From positions 3,872,001-3,936,000 of the forward strand of contig OZ271854.1 in the NCBI GenBank assembly GCA_965601925.1: DNA of 64,000 bases. The letters are read 5' to 3'. A program made the translations under genes and the position numbers. This DNA is from Alkalispirochaeta sp. Lineage in GTDB: Bacteria > Spirochaetota > Spirochaetia > DSM-27196 > Alkalispirochaetaceae. Under the pieces are notes generated by a model, which worked only from the letters and a program-made list of their open reading frames with translations, searched no databases and was not told the origin of the DNA. Each line of letters begins with the position of its first letter. Position 1 is the first letter of the stretch. Positions 9,982 through 19,126 of the stretch are shown piece by piece.

Positions 9982-9993
9982 GAGTAATACGCA

Positions 9994-11205
9994 ATGACGG
10001 TACACCATATGCACGACACGTCGGCATCGAAACCACGCCGACGCAATCGACGTTTGATGCTCTTTTCGGTTGTGCTCCTCATCGTTCTCGCCGCGTGTAC
10101 CCGGGGTACACAGGGCATCTTCGCGACGATCGAGCAGGAGGAGGAGACCGCCACCAGCAATTTGGTCGACGATGCGACGATTGTCGCCCTGGTGCGGGCG
10201 GAAGTCGGGACCGAGACGCGATTCGTTGCAATAGCCGAAACCGAGGTCTACTCTCGATTGGAGACGAGTAGCGACTGGTCCGAGATTAGCGCACCCAGTG
10301 GGCGCCTCGCGCAGTTCTTGAGCGGGATCGATTCCGATAGCGACGGGACGGTCGATGAGGTATACGCCGTATTTCAAAACGTCGACAGCAGCGATACCGA
10401 TCTCTTTGCGCTGCAAAGCGATCGCTCGTGGAGCGAGGTCGATTTAAGCGGGAGCGGAGTGGCCGACGGCGATATGATTACCGGTCTCTTTTCCGTGGGC
10501 GACGAGCTTCTGATGTCGGTGCGGGACGCAGGCTACTCGAGCGGTGAAATCCCGATCTTGCGGTTGCAGTCCGGACCGACATTGGTGAACACCATCACCG
10601 GGTTCAACGACGATATACGGGACGGTATCGTTAGCGACGCCGACGACCTCTATATCGTCGGACGCAGTAACTTGGTCGCCAAGGTAGACGCCGCGACACC
10701 TACCGTCGCAGATGCGTTAACGGGTAGTTCCCCCGGCATAAAGAATGCAGCGGGAGTCGGATATCGTTCCATCGCCGACGGCGGGCCGCTCATCGCCGTC
10801 GTCGACACCGACGCCAACGTCTATCTTTCGGACGGCACGAACTGGCAGACGATTTCCAGCGGTTTGGATCGTTCCTTTTCGGATATTGAATGGGTTCCCG
10901 AGATCGGTACCGACGGCGCCTTCGTCGTGGGAACGTGGAGTGGACCGGCAGAGGACACCAATCGCGACGGATACTACCACGCCTTGATTACCGCGGGCTC
11001 AAGTGTAGCTGCCGAAGACTATGCGTTTTCATTTGCGGACGATCTCGGGAGTAACTACAACGGGAGCACCCTCTCCATCTCGGGGGTGAATCAGTTCCGC
11101 TATTTCGACAACGGTCTTCTGTTCGTCCTCACCTTCGGGCGCGGATTGTGGCGCACAACGTACGTAGATGGCGCCTCGGACCCGGGAGACTTTACGTGGG
11201 AGTGA
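9994..11205 (+). CDS. Acidic beta-rich lipoprotein, possibly TP0136-like
   Basis: LAAC lipobox followed by GIFATIEQE; W-containing repeats (SDWSEIS, RSWSEV, TNWQTIS); GRGLWR near the C-terminus; AGGAG SD. Confidence 0.55.
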   Translation: MTVHHMHDTSASKPRRRNRRLMLFSVVLLIVLAACTRGTQGIFATIEQEEETATSNLVDDATIVALVRAEVGTETRFVAIAETEVYSRLETSSDWSEISAPSGRLAQFLSGIDSDSDGTVDEVYAVFQNVDSSDTDLFALQSDRSWSEVDLSGSGVADGDMITGLFSVGDELLMSVRDAGYSSGEIPILRLQSGPTLVNTITGFNDDIRDGIVSDADDLYIVGRSNLVAKVDAATPTVADALTGSSPGIKNAAGVGYRSIADGGPLIAVVDTDANVYLSDGTNWQTISSGLDRSFSDIEWVPEIGTDGAFVVGTWSGPAEDTNRDGYYHALITAGSSVAAEDYAFSFADDLGSNYNGSTLSISGVNQFRYFDNGLLFVLTFGRGLWRTTYVDGASDPGDFTWE

Positions 11206-11215
11206 TAGGCATCGG

Positions 11216-14200
11216 CTACCGATTCCACCACGAGCCGCCGAACTGCCTGAGGACGGCGGGAATGTCCTCGCGATTCGGTACATCGTAGACCGGACTCCCG
11301 TCGTATCGGACGATTCGGTTTTCTTCGCCCATCGGCGAGGCGTTGAGACGTGGGAGCGAGAACCGGTTGGCGTCGCGCCAACTGTCGGAGCTACTCGTCT
11401 CGACGATGGCGGACCAGCCGTCCACGGCCGCCCTCGTAATCGACAACTCCGAGTCGGGTCCGATACTCAACGAGGCGGTATCGCCGCCGTGCAGGCCCGG
11501 GCGTGAAAACAGTACATCGCGGAGTATTAAGCTACCGGCTCGACCGTCGAGGTCGGCCACCTTACCCGATACAACCCCGGCGTCGTCGACATGAAACACC
11601 GAATGATCGGCGACAAAGCTACTCCCACTTCCAACGAGTGCCAAAGCGTCGGCGGTCGATCGGACCGCGACTACACTTCCTTCAAGTGCAATCCGAGCGC
11701 CCTCGCGGGCGACGATGCCGTACCCCGCTCCTCCCGAGTCGGAGACGACGATGCTGTCTCGTATCGATACATTACCCCCGCGCATGCGCATGCCGAGTGC
11801 CGATTCGGTTCCACCGATGAACAGAGCCGAGCGATCGAGGGTGATTTGGCTCTCGGTAGCGCGTATCGCAACGGCGTGGGGAGTGTGCATCTCCCCCGTT
11901 ATACCGGCGGAAACGACGCTGTCCTCGACAACGAGCGTGCTCGCGGTGAGGCGAATCGAGCCATGCAGCGGACTCGCTCCGTGACCGTCGAGGCTTACAT
12001 CGGATAAGGATATCGAGGCGTCGGTAGACGCGACGATCGTCCCGAGTCTCCCCCCGGATACCGATAGTACGCCCCCGGAGACGTCGATGCGGTCGACATC
12101 TGAATCCTCGACCATCGCCGTTGCATCGGACGCAATGATGAGTCCGCCTCCCCCGGCAATGAGCGATTCTCTGACGACAATTCGTCCGGCGTTGTGGCGA
12201 AACTCGCGTTCGGTCCGCGGCGTGCCGATCGTCGCGCGGAGGAGCCTGACTTCTCCTGCGGCCGGTGAAGTATCTTCGTTCGGCGCGGCGTCGATTTCGC
12301 TCGTAACCGTTGCATCGACGATGAGATCGTGCAGACTCACCCCCGGAACGAGGACTATGGCCTCCCCATTATCGGTTGCGATAATCGTCGGACCGCCTCC
12401 CGGGGCCCACGTTCCATCTTCCGCGCCGCCGATAAGCGTGATATCGTGACCGCCCTCCCGGACGGTCCGTGCCAAAGCGCGCGGGGTGAGTCGGTAACGC
12501 CCACCGCCCAGCAATATCGTTTGCCGGCGGCCGGTAACGATCATCTCCAGCGCCGCATTCAAGTCGTCGAGCGGATCGTCTCGCGTCCCCTCGGCCCCGG
12601 GGCGACCGTCCCGCGCAACGTATACGATGCTTCGATCGATAACCGTCGACCAACGACGAATCTCCTGACTCCGATTCCCCGCCCTGTCGATGCTGTACGC
12701 CTCGATGGTGTACCGAGCGAATGAACCGGGAGGCGCAGAAAGCTCTATGCGCTCGCCGCGATATTCGGTAAAGGTCGTTGCATCGTGTGCGGCTTCGACG
12801 CCCTCGCGGTCCTCTAACCGCACGCGATACATGACGGAGTCACCGTCGCCTGCAACTAGACGCGCCTCACGAGGTCCCGGATAGTACGCGCTGTCGTCGA
12901 TTCCCGCTATGTCCGGTAACGACGGTGGACGGCGGTCCACCGTAAAACGAATGTGCCGCTCTCCGTGGAGCACTCCGTCGGAATCGACGGTGCGTGCTCG
13001 GATGTGATAGGTCACCTCCTCGCCCGCCGCCGCATCGAGAACAAGCGGAGACTCGTAGCGCGCCGAGAGGGGGTGAACGATCGGTGCTTCGTTACCATCG
13101 GTGGAGAGCGTATAACGCACAGCCGTAGCGCTTTCCATGGTAAGGACTTGTCCCTCACGATAGACTCCACCGTCCTCGGCGCCGACAAAGCGTGGGGCCG
13201 CCAGACGGTCCGATGCAGCTATCGTAAGCGACCTGAGCTCGCTACGATTACCGGCGTCGTCTACCGAAAAGTAGTTGAAGGTAATCGTCTCGCGCCCTTC
13301 GGCCAACTCCCAGGAGAGAGCGCCGTCCACGGGGGCGAAGTACTCCGGAGACGTTGTGCCGGCGGTGGAGACGAAGAGCGTTGCGGTGCCCGTTCCCGGC
13401 CACGTGACGGTGCCGCTCCGGCCGTCGGGAGCGCGGACTACGAACGGCGCTTCGGGAGGAAGGGGCGGTCGCGAGTCCATCACGACGTCGAGCCTGCGTA
13501 CGGCGCTCCTGCGTCCCGCGGAGTCTTCGAGAAATGTCTCGACGACATAGAGCTCTTCTCGCCCGTCCGATGCGACCTCGAGAATGCGGTCGGCGCCCTC
13601 AAAGCGCTCAAAATCGGGGGCGGCGTTTCCCGGCGTTATCGCGGTCGAACGGAGGGTCTCCTCCGGTGAGTAGATGCGCCACCATATGACCGGCGCGCCC
13701 CCGGTTGCGTCGACCGTCGGTGGTGCGGCAGGAGAGATAAGTGCCTCGCGAGCCGAATCGATGCGCCGCGTAGTGACGGGACGACCGTTCATCATGAGCG
13801 CAGGCGGATCCGGACGCTCCGTATGCACGGCAATCCGGACCGGATTCTCCATAAAACGTCTGTTTCCCGCTCGATCCTCGCTATATGCCTCTATTACAAT
13901 CGCGTCGAGCCCCGATCCCGAGAGGTCGAAACTCACCGGACTGATGTACCGTCGATACTCAGCGGAAGAATCCGCCCGAAACCATATCGCCGTTAACGGA
14001 TCGGACGGCTCCTCGAACGCGATGAGCACCGGGCCCGTCGCTATCTCCGGGACGGTCGAGCGTTCAAGTACCGGCGGCTCGGGCGGCACACGATCCACCC
14101 GAACCGTAAAACGTCGGAGCACACTCCAGCGAGTCCCGGACCGAAAGCGAGCTCGAGCCGCGATTGCGTATTCCCGAGCCTCGCCAGCCGGTGTCGTAAG

Positions 14201-16261
14201 AACGATCGCGTCCGATGTACTCGGACTCTCGTCTCTCGGTATCGTCGCGCTTCCGGACGTCGATATCTCGTAGTGAATGAGAAGATCTGCATGAGGATTG
14301 GCGAAACGGAGAACGACGCGTTCATCGTTGAAGGGCGTCACCGGTATGTCCGTTTCCAGCGACGGAAGAAACAACTCGCGTCTATCGACGGTTATCGTCT
14401 GCTCGACCGTCGGACTCACGCGTCCCGCCGCCGTTTGGTACGCCTCCAACCGATATTGGAGTGCAACGCCGTCCCGTGCGCCGAGTACAATCGCCTCCCG
14501 GTACCGCGTAAGGGCGCCGCCGTTTATTCGATAGTAACGCTCGCCGCCGCCGTCGAGTACCACCCGCGCATCGTCGACTACAATCGTCGGCGGCGCCGGC
14601 GGAGCGGCGTCGACTTCGATCGCCTCGCCGCGTCGGACCGTTTCGGTGCCTCGATTTGCATGCACCGTGGGGACGAGGCGGTCGAGATACCCGTGCGGAA
14701 GGTACCACCGCACGCTCGATCGTACGGCGGCGCGAAAGATGACCGAGGACGGTTCGTCGACGAACGTCGAGCGTTCCCCATCAAGCTCGATATCTTCGCT
14801 CACCACCATGAGGTGTAGCGTTTCGTACGGTTCGCTATCCGATGCGGACGCGCCATCGTCGGCGAATGTGAACTCAACCGATCCTTGTGCCGCCGCGGCG
14901 ATCGGATCCGGCAGTGGCCGAAAGTCGGGGCGGGTAACCGATACGGTCGATACGGCGCTCCATCCGGAACCCGCAAAGCGAGCCCTTGCTCGTAAGGCCG
15001 TCGTTCCTTCCGGAAGGCCGGTGAGTGTGACGGGTGCATCCCAGACGCGCCACTCGCCGTGTTCGACACCACCCTGCGCGATCGGCCGCCACTCGATCAC
15101 GGTATCGGTCAACGAGAATGCAATGACGCGTTCGCTGTCGATTATGAACTCCGGCGGCGGCGGACGTCGGCCGTCAAGGAGGAACAGATACCGCGATTCA
15201 CCGATCCCGCCGGAGTTGGTGTGGCGAAGCGCCACCGTCCTGAGTGTGTCGGCCTGAATCGGGAGCGCGAGGGGGCGCAAAAACAGTGCATCGGCGCCGG
15301 TGGGAGCGCGGTCCTCCAGCGTGTAGCGTTGTACGCCTTCGGGGTTGTCGATGCGTATCGTCTCGGTAACGCGACCGGATACGGCGGGGGGCTCGGACAA
15401 TACGGTCTGTTCCCAGGTTACCTCTTCGGATACGAGCGAATCGGTCGCCCGGTCACGTGCGGTGATGCGTACCGTATAGCGTCCCGTACCGTCGATGAGG
15501 CGCTCTTCGCGGTAGGGAAAGTGGTCGTCTCGCCCGTCCGGACCGAGGACTCGCACCGAAACATCGTCGATTCCCGTCGTATCGAGATAGAGTAGTTGAC
15601 GATTGGCGAAGACTCCGGGAACCGGACTCACGATGACCGAGGCGGGCCGCGGACGCTCTCCACGTCGATCTATGCGGTAGCGTACGGTTCGGACCGGCCC
15701 GCGATTTCCCGCGCCGTCGACCGCGTAGAGGGCGAGACGATAATCGACGACGGCTCCCGCGTCGCCCTCGAGGCGAACACCGTTTTCGGGAACCGGCGCA
15801 AACGATGCGTCGGTCGAGCCCCGTCCGTTTGCGATGTAATAAAAGAACCGATCCGTACCTTCGTCACGTGCCGGAGCCACGTCGACCGGCGCGGTGTACA
15901 AACCCTGTGCCGGCTCGATATGGACTGCCGACGGCGCCATTTTGTCGATTGTGTAGGCGACGAGTTGGGTCGATTCGGGCCGGTTGCGCCGCCGGACCTC
16001 GAGCGAAAAACGGGCCTCGGCGTCATCCGGGACGCGCAGTAACAACCCGTTGTCGAAAGGCATGAAAAAATCGGTGTGAGGCGTTCCGGCGGGGGTAACG
16101 AAGCGGTACTCCATATCCGCCGCGGCGGCCGAGACGACACGATCGGCGCTATATATCCCGGGCGCCGGCGTCAAGTCCGAAAGCGGCGATGTGTCGAATT
16201 GTGCCCACATCGCGGCCGCTGCGCCGCATAACAACGCGAGGGAAACGAGCCGGCGCTTCAT
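11216..16261 (-). CDS. Very large exported protein: tandem Ig/CHB_HEX_C-like repeats plus C-terminal beta-helix (DUF1565-like)
   Basis: Signal peptide MKRRLVSLALL..; repeated (A/S)xDxAGNR(S/G/R) and (I/V)DRxxP motifs; 'VYVARDG..GTRDDP..LNAAL..LGGGRY'. Start set by the ATGA overlap at 16258-16261. Confidence 0.75.
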   Translation of the reverse strand: MKRRLVSLALLCGAAAAMWAQFDTSPLSDLTPAPGIYSADRVVSAAAADMEYRFVTPAGTPHTDFFMPFDNGLLLRVPDDAEARFSLEVRRRNRPESTQLVAYTIDKMAPSAVHIEPAQGLYTAPVDVAPARDEGTDRFFYYIANGRGSTDASFAPVPENGVRLEGDAGAVVDYRLALYAVDGAGNRGPVRTVRYRIDRRGERPRPASVIVSPVPGVFANRQLLYLDTTGIDDVSVRVLGPDGRDDHFPYREERLIDGTGRYTVRITARDRATDSLVSEEVTWEQTVLSEPPAVSGRVTETIRIDNPEGVQRYTLEDRAPTGADALFLRPLALPIQADTLRTVALRHTNSGGIGESRYLFLLDGRRPPPPEFIIDSERVIAFSLTDTVIEWRPIAQGGVEHGEWRVWDAPVTLTGLPEGTTALRARARFAGSGWSAVSTVSVTRPDFRPLPDPIAAAAQGSVEFTFADDGASASDSEPYETLHLMVVSEDIELDGERSTFVDEPSSVIFRAAVRSSVRWYLPHGYLDRLVPTVHANRGTETVRRGEAIEVDAAPPAPPTIVVDDARVVLDGGGERYYRINGGALTRYREAIVLGARDGVALQYRLEAYQTAAGRVSPTVEQTITVDRRELFLPSLETDIPVTPFNDERVVLRFANPHADLLIHYEISTSGSATIPRDESPSTSDAIVLTTPAGEAREYAIAARARFRSGTRWSVLRRFTVRVDRVPPEPPVLERSTVPEIATGPVLIAFEEPSDPLTAIWFRADSSAEYRRYISPVSFDLSGSGLDAIVIEAYSEDRAGNRRFMENPVRIAVHTERPDPPALMMNGRPVTTRRIDSAREALISPAAPPTVDATGGAPVIWWRIYSPEETLRSTAITPGNAAPDFERFEGADRILEVASDGREELYVVETFLEDSAGRRSAVRRLDVVMDSRPPLPPEAPFVVRAPDGRSGTVTWPGTGTATLFVSTAGTTSPEYFAPVDGALSWELAEGRETITFNYFSVDDAGNRSELRSLTIAASDRLAAPRFVGAEDGGVYREGQVLTMESATAVRYTLSTDGNEAPIVHPLSARYESPLVLDAAAGEEVTYHIRARTVDSDGVLHGERHIRFTVDRRPPSLPDIAGIDDSAYYPGPREARLVAGDGDSVMYRVRLEDREGVEAAHDATTFTEYRGERIELSAPPGSFARYTIEAYSIDRAGNRSQEIRRWSTVIDRSIVYVARDGRPGAEGTRDDPLDDLNAALEMIVTGRRQTILLGGGRYRLTPRALARTVREGGHDITLIGGAEDGTWAPGGGPTIIATDNGEAIVLVPGVSLHDLIVDATVTSEIDAAPNEDTSPAAGEVRLLRATIGTPRTEREFRHNAGRIVVRESLIAGGGGLIIASDATAMVEDSDVDRIDVSGGVLSVSGGRLGTIVASTDASISLSDVSLDGHGASPLHGSIRLTASTLVVEDSVVSAGITGEMHTPHAVAIRATESQITLDRSALFIGGTESALGMRMRGGNVSIRDSIVVSDSGGAGYGIVAREGARIALEGSVVAVRSTADALALVGSGSSFVADHSVFHVDDAGVVSGKVADLDGRAGSLILRDVLFSRPGLHGGDTASLSIGPDSELSITRAAVDGWSAIVETSSSDSWRDANRFSLPRLNASPMGEENRIVRYDGSPVYDVPNREDIPAVLRQFGGSWWNR

Positions 16262-16857
16262 GGCAGCCCATGGAGAATTTCGCGCGTTCGCCCGTCGGAG
16301 AACTGCCGATCGATCTCTTCGGATTCCAATCCCACCAACTCGTGACTCAGGTAGTGAATCCAACGATCATCGACCGGGGTCTCTATTTCGTGCTTGCGGC
16401 AATAGTAGTCGGGTTGAATCGGTAACCGCTCTTCGGCGTAGCGACGAATCTTGTAGTCGTGCACGGCTACTTTGACGTCGCTACGGGGAATGCCCTTCTC
16501 GAGGATGACCTGCACCAAGTGATTCACGGTCCGACCGGTGTCGAAAATGTCGTCTACGAGAAGGACGCGATCGCCGTTACGGAGGTGCTCGGGACTATAC
16601 GTCCAGCCGTCGACGCTCACGCGATCACGCTCGTGGATATCCGTATAGGAACGCGCCACAACCGCTGCGTAGAACACCGGACGTTTCCCGCGTCGGACGA
16701 ACTTGAAGAACTCGCTGATGACGTTCCCCATGTACGCTCCGCCGCGCAAACTGACATAGATGATGTCCGGCACGAAACCCTCACGGTAGATCGAATGCGC
16801 GAGAGTTATGGCGTTGTTCCGAACTTGGTCGTAAGGAATGAACTCCTTTTGGCTCAT
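16258..16857 (-). CDS. Type I phosphoribosyltransferase
   Basis: LRGG and PRPP-binding VLLVDDIFDTGRT. Confidence 0.88.
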   Translation of the reverse strand: MSQKEFIPYDQVRNNAITLAHSIYREGFVPDIIYVSLRGGAYMGNVISEFFKFVRRGKRPVFYAAVVARSYTDIHERDRVSVDGWTYSPEHLRNGDRVLLVDDIFDTGRTVNHLVQVILEKGIPRSDVKVAVHDYKIRRYAEERLPIQPDYYCRKHEIETPVDDRWIHYLSHELVGLESEEIDRQFSDGRTREILHGLP

Positions 16858-18323
16858 CGCTGTAATCCTATCTGGATTTCGTTGTCGTCGCGAATGATCG
16901 TAAACAGGACGTTATTCCTACTTTCGTTGATGATCCGGAAAAACTCCACCATGCGCGCCACCGGCTCCCCGTCGACCTCCGTTACGAGATCACCGGCGCG
17001 CAGTCCGGCGACCGCGGCGGGCGTTCGATTTTCGACGGTACTGATCACCACGCCTTGGACGCGTCCTTCGAGCTCGAGTTCCTCTCGAAGTTCTTCGGTG
17101 AGGGGATAGACGGTGAATCCGGGCCACAGTCGCGTATTAAGGTTTGCGATCTGTCGCTCCGACTCGCGCTCGGCGATTCTGACTTCGACCGTGATCGGCT
17201 GGCCGTATCGGATGACGTTGAAGGTAGCGACTTCGCCGACGGGAAGTTCGCCGACTTCTAAGACGAGCTGATCAGAATCCTCTACCTCGATGCCGTTGAT
17301 GATCGTCACGAAGTCGCCCGGCAACAATCCGCCGCGTTCCGCCGGTGAGTCGAGAAACACGTGGTGAACCAAAGCGCCTTCGGAGCTCGGTAGATCCATC
17401 GCCTCGACGATCTCGTCGGAGACGCTCCGTATGCTTACTCCGAGCCAGCCGTATCGTACCGAGCCGGTCTCGATGAAGTCGTCTATCGAGCGTTTGACGT
17501 TGTTAATGGGGATCGAAAAACCGAGGCCGACGCTCCCGCCGGTCTGCGACGTGATCCACGTGTTGATACCGACGACTTCCCCCGAGAGGTTGAGGAGCGC
17601 GCCGCCGCTGTTGCCGCGGTTGATCGCCGCATCGGTCTGAATGAAATCGCTGATATTTCCATCCGGCCCGCCTCGACGTCCCAGGGCGCTCACTATGCCG
17701 GCGGTCACGGTCGATTGAAAGCCGAAGGGGGTCCCGATCGCCAGCACCCAGTCCCCTACTTGGAGGGTGTCGGAGTCGCCCAGCACGGCAACGGGAATCT
17801 CCTCGGAGGACTCGAATGACACCAGCGCCAAATCCTTGCGCGTATCCTGACCGACGATTTCGCCGCGAAACTCGCGCATATCGTCAAGAGTGATCGTGAT
17901 GTCGTCGGCGCTTCCTACGACGTGTTCGTTTGTCAGGACGTAGTAGGTGTCGTCGTCACGGCGGACGATGACGCCGGACCCGAGCCCCTGAGTGCGAAAC
18001 TCGCGCTCGCCGTCGGGGCTATCGAGGTCGGGTTCACCGAAAAAGAAATCGAACCACGGCGTGTTATCGCCGTCGTCGGTAAGGGACTGCCGACGAACCT
18101 CTTCGACATCGATGCGAACGACGCTCGGAAGCGACGCGGCCGAAACTTCCCGAAATCCGTCTTGGAGGGATTCCAACTGCGCACGCCCCGCCGACGGTTG
18201 GTTTTGGGCGGCGACGCGCGACACTTGATCTACGCCGGTTGAGCATGAAAAGAGGCCCACGGAGATCACGAAACCGGTGATAAGTCCGATGAGCAGTACA
18301 TTTACGATCAGCAGTTTTTTCAT
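16854..18323 (-). CDS. htrA: DegP/HtrA (Do family) serine protease with two PDZ domains
   Basis: GLGSG, TNEHVV, DLAL, QTDAAINRGNSGG. Confidence 0.95.
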   Translation of the reverse strand: MKKLLIVNVLLIGLITGFVISVGLFSCSTGVDQVSRVAAQNQPSAGRAQLESLQDGFREVSAASLPSVVRIDVEEVRRQSLTDDGDNTPWFDFFFGEPDLDSPDGEREFRTQGLGSGVIVRRDDDTYYVLTNEHVVGSADDITITLDDMREFRGEIVGQDTRKDLALVSFESSEEIPVAVLGDSDTLQVGDWVLAIGTPFGFQSTVTAGIVSALGRRGGPDGNISDFIQTDAAINRGNSGGALLNLSGEVVGINTWITSQTGGSVGLGFSIPINNVKRSIDDFIETGSVRYGWLGVSIRSVSDEIVEAMDLPSSEGALVHHVFLDSPAERGGLLPGDFVTIINGIEVEDSDQLVLEVGELPVGEVATFNVIRYGQPITVEVRIAERESERQIANLNTRLWPGFTVYPLTEELREELELEGRVQGVVISTVENRTPAAVAGLRAGDLVTEVDGEPVARMVEFFRIINESRNNVLFTIIRDDNEIQIGLQR

Positions 18324-19108
18324 GAAAGGGAAACCTCCGGAGTCAAATGTACCGTCTCGTTGCTCCGTCGGGTGAGCACTTCGGTAGAATCGCGAAAAAT
18401 CGCCACGGTATGCTCAAAATGGGCGGAGATCGCGCCGTCGTCGGTGACGACCGTCCAATCGTCGTCCAACACGTCGACATCGTCGACGCCGAGGTTCACC
18501 ATTGGTTCGATTGCGATCACCATGCCCGGTTTGAGGCGCGGGTTGGGACCGCGGCCGATGTAGTTCGGTATCTGCGGATCCTCGTGGATGGCGAGTCCGA
18601 CGCCGTGTCCGCAATAGGGACGGACGACACCGTAGTTGTGTTCGCTGATCGTACGATAGATGGCGCGGGAGATATCGTTGACCCGATTCCCGGCAACCGC
18701 TGCGGCGATACCCTCCTCCAAGCTGGTTCGCGTGACTTCCAGGAGACGCTCTATGGCGCCCGATACGGTTCCGACCGGCACCGTCACGGCGGAGTCGCTG
18801 AAGTAGCCGCCGTATTCGATGCCGCAGTCTATACTCACCACATCGCCGTTTTTCAGCAATCGATCGCCCGGGATACCGTGAATCACCTCGTCGTTGACCG
18901 ACGCACATATGGCCCCGGGAAAGCCTTGATACCCGAGAAACGCCGGTCTTCCGCCGCGTGCGGCAATTTCTCGGCGCGCGATTCGGTCGAGCTCGCCGGT
19001 CGATATACCGGCGGCGACCTCACCCTCGAGATGCTCCAGAACTTCGGCCAGAAGTCGGCACGACTCCCGAATTCCGGTCATCTGCCGGGCCGTTTTGATT
19101 CGAATCAT
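18320..19108 (-). CDS. map: Methionine aminopeptidase type I
   Basis: SVNDEVIHGIP, GYFSDSA, GHGVG..HEDP, IEPM, SAHFEHT. Confidence 0.97.
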   Translation of the reverse strand: MIRIKTARQMTGIRESCRLLAEVLEHLEGEVAAGISTGELDRIARREIAARGGRPAFLGYQGFPGAICASVNDEVIHGIPGDRLLKNGDVVSIDCGIEYGGYFSDSAVTVPVGTVSGAIERLLEVTRTSLEEGIAAAVAGNRVNDISRAIYRTISEHNYGVVRPYCGHGVGLAIHEDPQIPNYIGRGPNPRLKPGMVIAIEPMVNLGVDDVDVLDDDWTVVTDDGAISAHFEHTVAIFRDSTEVLTRRSNETVHLTPEVSLS

Positions 19109-19123
19109 TGCGGCATCGTAGCA
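19109..19123 (-). promoter_or_regulatory. Extended -10 immediately upstream of map (leaderless)
   Basis: TG-C-TACGAT-GCCGCA-ATG, no SD. Confidence 0.55.
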
Positions 19124-19126
19124 CTT

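Noticed and set aside
11216..16261. Repeats in the giant ORF as a DNA repeat array or DGR target
   Set aside because: The repeats are visible only at protein level and are highly diverged; there is no reverse transcriptase or template repeat in the window
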